From positions 65,326-85,325 of the forward strand of contig MU271349.1 of the NCBI GenBank assembly GCA_021432655.1: a stretch of 20,000 nt of DNA. Reading direction: 5' to 3'. Below are positions 1 through 9,143 of this stretch, piece by piece. Position 1 is the first letter of the stretch. Each line of letters starts with the position of its first letter. Source of the stretch: Atractiella rhizophila. Its lineage: Eukaryota. The notes beneath the pieces are model-generated. The model was given only the letters and a program-made list of their open reading frames with translations. It did not search any database and was not told the DNA's origin. A program made the position numbers and the translations under genes.

Positions 1-68
1 TGCATGGTGCATAACAAAGGTAAAAGAGAGGGATAGGACATAAAGAAATGGCATAGCACCCCGAGCGT

Positions 69-870
69 TTACTACATTCACCAATAAGGAACCCATCAGC
101 GAGTGCGCCACAGGAAAGCAAGACATAACACGGACCTCTTCTTCCTCATCAGCAGCCTCTCCGCCGCCAGCAGCTGCGCGAGCCCTCTTTCGCTTAACAC
201 GTCCGGCCCTTCCACCTCCATACGGAGAGGTCAAGGCGAAGTCAATGTGCTATTGCGGTATTTGATCAGCGTCAGGGCTGTGACATCGCAAACAACGTAC
301 TTTCTGAGAATCCAGACGGACGACGAAGGAGGGGACGTTGACGATTTGTTTTCCGACACTGCACAGTAACCATTCAACCCAATGCTTGTATGAATGAGCA
401 AGTTGCGCACCGAATGTGCCTCTGCCTGATGAGGACCCTAGCGTGATGAATGCTCTTCGCGAGACCGGACTTGAAGACCTGAGTCTGGAGCCTCCTCTCC
501 ATGAAATCCTCGATTTTGAGGGCAAGCACATAGTCGAGCCTCATCCTATTCTCATCCAACACCCCGATCCTGACCAACCTCCTAATCAACGCATTACCCT
601 CGAAGAGCCTCTTGGGATCCTTGTCCTCCAACTTGAGAAGTTCACGAGCAGCTCGTCGAATCTTGGACAGGATGAGAGAGATACGCCAAATCTCTCGCTT
701 GTTTCGGAGACCGTATTCTCCAGCGAGACGAAGCTCGGAGTCGAGACGGGGAGCCTCGAATGGTCGACGAGGGACCTTGTAGCTGCCGACAGAGAAATTA
801 ATAACATCAGAGTGGACGGGAGGAGCATGATGGCATACGTTTTTGAAGCGTTCCTTGGAGCCTTCGGCAT
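69..870 (-). CDS. RPS9: 40S ribosomal protein S9 (uS4); exons 870-839, 782-411, 358-301, 249-136, 71-69
   Basis: Spliced translation [20 protein letters not shown]...[19 protein letters not shown]...[84 protein letters not shown]...EEE matches the uS4/S9 family; GT-AG introns with consistent phases. The last exon (stop only) is inferred. Confidence 0.97.
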
Positions 871-1040
871 GATACTACTTACGTTGGACGCTTCTTCGTT
901 AAAATGTTCCTCTGACTGACTTGCGTGGCTCTCGTATTTTTCGGAAAATAAACCTGGCCCCCTAGGTTTGGTTTTGTCTGCTCACGACGATTCAGTTCTC
1001 AGGCTAAGTCCCATTTCTCTTCTCTTTCATCCCCTTCAAG
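871..1040. promoter_or_regulatory. Bidirectional promoter between RPS9 and RPL21
   Basis: 170 bp between divergent start codons. The head-to-head RPS9/RPL21 arrangement is known from other fungi, including S. cerevisiae. Contains a short inverted repeat AAACCT...AGGTTT (~950-968). Confidence 0.75.
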
Positions 1041-1785
1041 AGTACGTTCTTATGCTCTTATGGATGTTGAGATGCTGACTGTTTCTCTTTCCAGTGCCCC
1101 ACTCCTTGTTAGTTTCCTTCCTCACTTCAATGCTTCCATCTCTCCACCAAACGATGCGCTGACCACATGCTGATATTATAGCGGTTACCGTGCCCGCACG
1201 CGGGACATGTTCAAGAGGGGATTCAAAGAACATGGACCGATCAAGCTATCGACTTACCTGAAGGTTTACAAGGTTGGAGATATTGTTGACATCAAGGCAA
1301 ATGCTGCTACTCAGCGTGGTATGCCACACAAGTACTACCACGGGTATGTTTCGTTACATCCTATGTTGGTGCTTGAGAACCTGAGAGGCATACGTGTGTG
1401 GATAAAGCCGTACCGGCGTTGTTTACAACGTCACGAAGAGCTCAGTCGGAGTGATCGTCTACAAAGTCGTCGGCAACCGATACCTCGAGAAGCGAGTCAA
1501 CCTCAGGGTTGAGCACGTTAAGCACTCCAAGTGCAGAGACGACTTTTTGCAGCGCGTCAAGTCCAATGCCCAGAAGAAGAAGGAGGCCAAGGAAGCTGGA
1601 AGTGAGTCTTTGTTCAGGCCTTTCCCCCCTTTCTTCATTCATCAAAATGTGAACTGACGGATGGATGATCAGACACTATCGTCCTCAAGCGTCTGCCTCT
1701 CGCACCCAGGGAGGCTCGTACCGTTTCCACAAAATCAAACATCCCAGAAACCCTCGCCCCTGTTGCTTACGACACCACAATCTAA
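1041..1785 (+). CDS. RPL21: 60S ribosomal protein L21 (eL21); exons 1041, 1095-1107, 1182-1343, 1408-1601, 1673-1785
   Basis: Spliced translation [68 protein letters not shown]...[16 protein letters not shown]...[13 protein letters not shown] is typical eL21; the ATG is formed across the first intron (A|TG). Confidence 0.96.
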
Positions 1786-2311
1786 GCGATTGTTTTGGTT
1801 TCTCCCGCCTATCCTCATATCACCTACTTCTTCCTATGTGCCAATTTCGTCTATGCAAAACATCCATGGTATACGCATGCTCTCTGCACTTTCTCCGTTG
1901 TGTGACACCACTGTTCCGCCTAAGCCTAGCTCCCAGTACAGTTTCAATTTCCTCAGTATCAACTCCCTCCACACAACGACTCCAGCATTTTAATGCATAA
2001 CTAATATTTTATATCACAACTATCCTGACTCCTGACGGAGCGGATGAAGCGGAGCGTGAGCGTTTTTTGGGTGGATATCGCGCGATAGCGGCACATTGAG
2101 ATTACGACTGCCATTCCTCCACACGGCTCAAAATATCCCTGCTATAACTCTTCTACGCTCAGAATCCCATATTGTTCGAGAAGTTCAGGCAAATTTTGCG
2201 ACCCAAAGGAAGTCTCGTCACGTGTCTCACCCCCCAAGTGCGGATCTGAGCCCCTCAATTTTTTTGTCATCCATTCGCCACGACGAGCACTTCTTCCTTC
2301 CGCCTTCCAGC

Positions 2312-4197
2312 ATGCTACGTTCACCCGCCGCCCTTCGTTTGCTTTCACGCACATCTCCCCGCTCAGTGCGAGCATTTTCCAGTCGCTCGCCAATTGTCCG
2401 AAACGCGACTGCAGTCAATGTCAATGTCAACGACACTTTGACCCCTTCGGCCTCCATGCTGGGGTTCTCTGTCCAGGAGCAGGAGAAGGTGGTTGAAAAG
2501 ATGGGACTGCCAAAGGTGGAGGGACGGCCGATATATCTTGACATGCAGGTTCGAACCTCTTCTTAGCTTGATGATGCTTTTTTTGTTTCAAGTTTCATTT
2601 GCAGTCTTGCTAATTAATTGTATTGTGTTGAACAGGCTACAACTCCTATGGACCCCAGAGTCGTCGACAAAATGCTCCCCTTCATGACCACTTACTATGG
2701 GAATCCACATTCTCGCACCCATGCCTACGGTTGGGAGACAGAGGCGGCAGTCGAGGAAGCACGAGCAGTATGTCATCTCCCGGCATAGGCCTATTTCTCA
2801 TCATCTAACCTTCTTTTCCTCGATATTCCAGCATGTTGCTTCAGTCATCGGCGCTGATGCGAAGGATATTGTTTTTACCTCCGGCGCAACTGAGTCGAAC
2901 AACATGTCTATTAAAGGCATTGCGAGGTTTCATAAAGGCAAGAAGAAGCATATAATCACCACGCAGACGGAGCATAAATGCGTTCTCGACTCCTGCAGAG
3001 CGCTTCAAGACGAAGGTTTCGATGTCACGTATCTCCCCGTGTTGCAGAACGGACTGGTGGACCTAAAGGTTCTGGAAGATGCGATTAGGGAGGATACTGT
3101 CTGCGTTTCGGTATGTTGCATTGGTCTTTTTATTCATTCGCTGTAACAAGCGGAGAAGACATCAATCTGATGATGTGGAGCAGATCATGACGGTCAACAA
3201 TGAGATTGGTGTTATCCAGCCGCTGGATCAAATCGGTGAAATTATCAAGAGGCACAAAGGGGTCTACTTCCACACAGATGCAGCTCAAGGTGCGACCTTT
3301 TCGTCCTTCCTCCCAATTGCGACTCTAACAATTTCTTCCAAAGCGGTTGGAAAGATCCCACTTGACGTGAACAAGTCGCAGATCGACCTGATGTCCATTT
3401 CAGGACACAAGCTCTATGGTCCCAAAGGAATAGGAGCCTGCTACGTTCGACGCCGACCCCGCGTTCGATTGGAGCCGATCATTTCTGGAGGTGGACAAGA
3501 GAGGGGGCTGAGGAGTGGAACCGTCCCTGCACCCTTAGTGGTTGGGTTTGGAGAGGCGTGTAGGATCGCCAAGTTGGAGATGGAGAGGGATAGACAGCAT
3601 GTGGAGAGGCTGTCGAAGCGACTTATCGACGGTGTCATGAGTCGCTGTACCCATATTGTGAGGAATGGAGATGTGAATGGGTATCCGGGATGGTACGTAT
3701 TCTTCTCCTTACTCCTTCAACACAGGTACTGATGTACTTCTTGATGCGGATCTAGTGTCAACCTTTCTTTCAATTACATCGAAGGTGAATCCCTCCTCAT
3801 GGCCCTAAAAGACATCGCTCTCTCCTCCGGCTCAGCCTGCACCTCTGCTTCGCTCGAGCCTTCCTACGTCCTCCGCGCTTTAGGGGCTGAAGAAGATGCG
3901 GCGCACTCGTCCATCCGTTTTGGAATCGGGAGATTTACAACGGAACAGGAGATCGACTTTGTTGTCGAGAAACTGGTCAAAGTTGTCGAGAGTGCGTACC
4001 TCCTTTCTGTCTTGTGCGAATGATAGGATGCTGACTGTGCATCTTTGCTGGATTGTAGAGCTCAGGGACCTTTCGCCGCTTTGGGAAATGGTTCAGGAAG
4101 GCATTGACCTCAAGACCATCAATTGGTGAGCTCTCTTCAGTCTTCCGCTAGTTTAGGGGCAAGAGCTAATGAAGGTCATTGCAGGTCGCAACACTGA
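2312..4197 (+). CDS. NFS1: Mitochondrial cysteine desulfurase (class V PLP enzyme); exons 2312-2548, 2636-2767, 2832-3110, 3184-3289, 3344-3692, 3756-3991, 4059-4125, 4185-4197
   Basis: Motifs [58 protein letters not shown] (PLP lysine), SSGSACTS (catalytic Cys) and C-terminal WSQH; Arg/Ser-rich N-terminus resembles a mitochondrial presequence. Confidence 0.97.
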
Positions 4198-4506
4198 GAA
4201 AAGAGCTTTTAATCGTCTTTTGCTCGCTGTATTACTAGTTTAGCTGTTTAATGTTATGATTGCGTCCTTACCAGAGCCACCTTGAAGCGTCCTGTGGCTG
4301 TGTGGAAGATGTCAAAGGCGTATTCCTGTTCTGAAAGTAAGGTTTGAACAATTGTACTATGTTTAAACCTTCGTTCCCGGCGAGTCGACCGATTGCCATA
4401 AAGTGGCGTAACCATCCTCTCTTTGCTGCCTCCCTTTCACCTTTCTTCTTTCTGATCCTTTCTGCATTCCCCCTCTACCTGCACATCCTCCCCAGTTACG
4501 ACCCAA

Positions 4507-6079
4507 ATGCCAAGACGCGAAAACACTTCCTCCTCCCGCCATTCGAAGCGGCTTTCTCGGACTCTCCCCCAACACATCGACTCTGTCGTTTCCCTTGCGG
4601 ATTCACTGGCTCTTTTGCAAAATGAAAGTGGCTTGGAGGGCTCTCAGGGGTATAGGGAGGGACATGCGACGATGGAGGATGCCATGAGAGAGTATTGCAG
4701 AGCTGGTTTGAAGACCCACTGGGATATGGAGGAAAAGGCGAAGAGGAAGGTTATGTGGAGTGAGTCCAGGCAATTTTCACCCAGATTATTGCTTTGATGA
4801 AAAGCCACGGAAGGACACGTTACTGATTCATGACGTTGGGGACAGGTGGATTTCTCATTCGCGCCGGCTTCGACATTCTTTGCTCTTCTTTGTACATCTT
4901 CCCCTTTCGGGACATGATCAAAATATCCATTGATACTGGGGATACCGGGAAATGCAATTGTCTAGTAACTTTACTCCAAACATGTGGCTTTAATGCTAAA
5001 TGCAAGGCGGATAGGTTTGGCTTCCGAATAAGAAGAAACTACTTGAGAGGATCGAGAATGGCACCTCAGCTTATGGCCTTGATGGAAAGGGGAAGAGGGG
5101 GATTGTCGTGAGTCTTCACGGCGGTGGATGGACAATGTATATTTCTCTCATGCGTACAGTCTCCGAAACTAATACGAATCGAACGCAGATGTCGACCTCA
5201 CGTAGATTATACTCTTTGTCGCCACATGGCAGACGAGCTCGAAACGGTGGTGATTGCGTTCGTCTCTCTGCTCTCTACTTACCCATCCGCTGAAGAAAGC
5301 CTAGGCCTGACTATCGCAAAGCGCCTCGCTACCCATACCCACACGCAATCTTTCAACTTCATGCTGTACTTCAGTGGCTCTCATCCGGCGCACTTCTCCC
5401 GCACCTTCCAGCTGCTATACGGCCACTAATCACGTCCCAACGCATATCCCTCCTCGGAAACTCGGCAGGTTCCAACCTATGTGCCTCCCTCACCGTTCTG
5501 TCCATCCTCCAACCGCTTCCCTTTGGAGCAAAGATTGTTTCCTGTTCACTCCTTTACCCCGTCCTCAATCTTTCCATCCCTTATGGAGACAAACTATCGA
5601 TGATGGTTGCGAGCAAGGAAGGACTGCCATCATGGATGTCTCTCCTCTTCCTCCGATGCTACGTCCCACCACCTCGTCTCACAACCGATCTCGCACTCTC
5701 TCCTGCTCTCGCTCCCAACGTCGTGCTAGAGAAGTTTCCCCCCACCGTCGTCTGTTCGGCACAGCGGGACTATTTAGCAAAAGAAGCGGACGATTTCTCC
5801 GACCGGTTGAAGGATCTAGGAGTGAAAGTTCGACATAGGAATTTTGAGCAGGTCGGACACGCCTTCGACGCCAAACCGGAGCTGTGGAGTAAGAGGCAGA
5901 GGGAAATCAATAATAAGGCCCGCGTGGAAGCCTGGAAGATGATTTCGGATGTTATGGTCGACGCCCTCGCAGAAGAGAAGGAGGTAGAAGAGGCTAATGA
6001 GGTGATGCTTCATAGAGCGGTTGAGTCCGCGCAAAGGGATACGGATAGTACGAGGAGCAATGACATCTTGAAGAAGTGA
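4507..6079 (+). CDS. Alpha/beta hydrolase, hormone-sensitive lipase/esterase family (Abhydrolase_3); exons ~4507-4759, 4846-4964, 5015-5136, 5189-5257, 5305-6079
   Basis: Spliced translation has HGGGW (oxyanion hole), PDYRKAPRYPYPHA, nucleophile elbow GNSAG (5456-5470), PPTVV..AQRDYL (Asp) and GHAF (His). Start codon and exon 1 are less certain. Confidence 0.88.
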
Positions 6080-6340
6080 TAATGGATGATATAACGTTTG
6101 TGATGATGTACTTTTAGAATTCTCTCCCTCACTTTAGACGAATCGGTTTAGTGGTGTAGATAATCTCGCATTAGCAACGCATGGACTATCTTGGATAGCT
6201 GTATTTTTCAATCCAACATCTGCTTATACTTACAAACCTGCTCGAGTGCCACCACCCTGAATACTATGGAGCCAGAAGAGTGCAGGTACAAGTTGCCCTG
6301 GACCTGTCAGCCGTAGTATTATCATGTATAGAGATACAAT

Positions 6341-6376
6341 TGATACAACTAACACTTGCAACTAACACTTGTATCA
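6341..6376. repeat. Tandem 13-mer CAACTAACACTTG x2 bracketed by an 8-bp inverted repeat (TGATACAA/TTGTATCA)
   Basis: Read directly: copies at 6346-6358 and 6359-6371. Confidence 0.85.
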
Positions 6377-7122
6377 GGTCTGAGTCTGGTCCAGAAAGAT
6401 TGTCAACTGAAGGATCAATCATTTGGCATTTATATGTGGACAAGAGTTTGTGCCATGACATGTTTCATTTATCCAATGTGAGGTGGGGTTGGTTCAGGAT
6501 TTCCTCGCTCAGTTTCGACATTCTTGTTCCGTTCAACTCGCACCGCCGTTTCTGCCTCTGATAATGCTATTTATAGGATTATATTCATTTACGCTAATGC
6601 TTAAGTCCAAATGCAACGTTAAAGATTTTCTTTACACGAATACTACACCAATCAGGACGAACAACGTTTCGGAAAGGGAAACGAGCGAGCTATTCGTGGA
6701 TGTTCCTCGCCTCTTACGGACAACTACCTGAACATCCCAGGTAAAGGATTGCCACAGCGATCCTGCGAGCGCGTTCGTGCGAGGGGTTACAGCTGATGGA
6801 TGCCTTCAGACAATTGTTTCCTGTGGTCCACGTCATCACGAGAAGTGACGAATATACGGCATCAACGGACATATTACATCCCGTTGCCCGTACAAACAAG
6901 CCCATGTTCACTCGTCAACAGCAATATTCTGTGGCCGTGAAGATCTTACGGGAATGAGTAGATCACGGCTAACTACAGCCTTCTCGGTGTGTGTGGGGTC
7001 GGGGGCGTTGGAAGCGATTCGAGCAGCATCTCATCTCATGATGATCATCCGTTTGGTGCAAGTGGCGGAACATCGGGTCTGTCCAGTGCGCTGTCTTACA
7101 GCCGTCTACTTTCTAGCTAAGC

Positions 7123-7130
7123 TATAAAAG
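7123..7130 (+). promoter_or_regulatory. TATA box of the small secreted protein gene
   Basis: TATAAAAG about 110 nt upstream of ATG 7232, followed by a pyrimidine tract and an A/C-rich 5' leader. Confidence 0.65.
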
Positions 7131-7231
7131 GGGGCATGACTTTCATCTTTCTCTCCATCAACCCGCCACATTATCAACAACACTCAAAGCCTTTTACGAA
7201 CACACCCACGAATCAAACATAAACATACATA

Positions 7232-7861
7232 ATGAAGTTCACACTCAGCATCCTCCTCGCCGCCTCGGCTGCTCTTGCTTCTCCCGTCAAATTCATCAAG
7301 CGTGCTGGTCCCAGCGGCGTGCTTCAGACACCCACGGATTCAACTGTCATCCAGTATGTCAACTTTTTACCCCGGATATAATTTCTAACACTTTTGCAGA
7401 GATATTGATGGCGTTGAAGTGCAATATTCGCGTGTGAATGGTGACCAAGGATTCTACACGGAATACAGTACGTCTCTCCCTGCGGTTGAATGCGTCTGGA
7501 GTGACATGATTCAATTTAGTCGACATTGATCTCATCGATAAGAGCGTGCCGGATGGGCAGACCTATCGAGTAGCGACTGGAATCACATCCAAGGACAAGG
7601 ACACGCCAATCTCGACCTTCTTTAACATTCCCTCTCCTGCTGATGTCCCTACCAACCTTCAGTAAGCCTTTCTCCCTGCTACAGTTGAATTCGGCTGAGA
7701 AACGGTTTAGGGTTCAATGGCAAATCGTGATCACTGAGTATCAGGATGGGCAGGATGGGCGCATCTCTTTCAAAGCAGCCGCTCCTACTTTTACCACCAG
7801 AGTGACTGGTGGTGATCAATGTGCTGGGCGTCCTAACGGGGATTGCGGAAACACTGCTTAA
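7232..7861 (+). CDS. Small secreted protein of unknown function, 160 aa; exons 7232-7353, 7400-7467, 7520-7661, 7711-7861
   Basis: Signal peptide MKFTLSILLAASAALA-SP, short propeptide ending in dibasic KR, three phase-consistent GT-AG introns, total 483 nt ending in TAA. Mostly missed by the ORF track. Confidence 0.88.
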
Positions 7862-8079
7862 AGGAAGTCTTGACCACGGAGAACTCTTATGATGGACACT
7901 TTTTGATTGTAATCAATTTATCATTCTTTTTGCATTATCCATGCTGCGTCGCCAGCTTGAGTCTGAAGACGTAAAGTTGACCCAACCTGAATGCGAGCTC
8001 CTTGTCCTTTCTCCCTTTCCAGTCCATTCGATTTTCGTTTCTTCATCGCTTTATGCTTTCTATGCTTTCACCAGCCACC

Positions 8080-8783
8080 ATGGCCTCTAACAGTCCTTCC
8101 AATGCCAGACGCTTCGGCACAGTCACAGGTAGCTCACGCTTAACAAACCCTCCTTCCACCATAACAAGTTCCCTATTCCTCGGTTGGACCTCCTCTTACA
8201 TCTATTCGTATCACCAAGCGCCGTCTCTGTTTCACCTTTGCTTTTCTTCAGGCGAACACCGTTCCTTGCATCAACCTTCCTGTGGAACTGATAGATTTTG
8301 CGTGTTCTTCGGAGTTCACGTGGGAAGAAACGAGAATTAGTTATTCGAACGTTTCGGACGAATGGACACTTGTGGAGGGATGGGAGAGCAAAGAACAAGT
8401 AGAGAGATACGTGAATGAGCGGTGTGTGGCTTTTGCTCAAATTGCTGCCAATATCTCAGTGGAGAAACAGAGCCGATTTTGTCAAAGAGGTCGTCGACGA
8501 GGTTTCACCAAAACTTGCAAATTGCAATCAGTGGACACACTCGTACGTTCATGACGGCTCTCTCCTTCTGACTGAGTGGTGGTCTAACAGAACAGAGCCA
8601 TTCTTTATTGCTATACCTTTCCCTTCGATTCTTCATACATCGCCATTCCTTGTCATTGATGGACAGGTGTTTCCTTGTTTTGTGTTGAACAATGGGGAAG
8701 TAATTGCGTACAGCATCAGGAAGAGGCGAGCAAAGGAGGTTATTATTGAGATGGTTATGAAGGAGGGACTTACGGGACCTTGA
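8080..8783 (+). other. Possible unresolved or degenerate intron-containing gene of unknown product
   Basis: Kozak-like GCCACCATGG at 8074-8083; segments 8252-8420, 8471-8542 and 8591 onward join in frame through plausible ~50-nt GT-AG introns. I could not splice the 5' part in frame and recognise no family. Confidence 0.3.
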
Positions 8784-9143
8784 GTTTTATTTACCACTGA
8801 ATTGCCTAAAGGCGGAAATAGGGCACGAGGCACATAAGACCTTCACAAGCTGGCTTTATGTATGATTGGAAGTTAGTACATGTAGATTAAGGCAGAGGTA
8901 CGCACTTACTGTAAAGGAGAGCAAAGTGCGACCAGGGAACGACTGCCAGCTTGGTGTGAGGACCGCACCGGTACCGTGTGCCTCTAATTGTTCCTCGTGG
9001 ACTTTATTTGCCATCGGGTTCAATCTTGTCGTGATTCCGTCGGCAAACATGTTGCCATAAAATGAGACAACGATTTCCTGGGTCTGAGTATCAACGCTGT
9101 CCCAGGATCACCTCAGCCTAGCCTCAGCAGCTCTCAAGCTGCC

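Noticed and set aside
416..919. 167-aa plus-strand ORF
   Set aside because: Antisense shadow of RPS9.
2035..2062. Repeated GAGCG/AGCGG motifs upstream of NFS1
   Set aside because: Too short and degenerate to assign to a factor.
4344..4625. 93-aa ORF with a hydrophobic stretch
   Set aside because: Explained by the pyrimidine-rich promoter/5' leader of the hydrolase gene.
6701..6957. Short spliced ORF (~60 aa) with an intron-like segment at 6740-6809
   Set aside because: No recognisable product, and more than one frame fits equally well; insufficient support.
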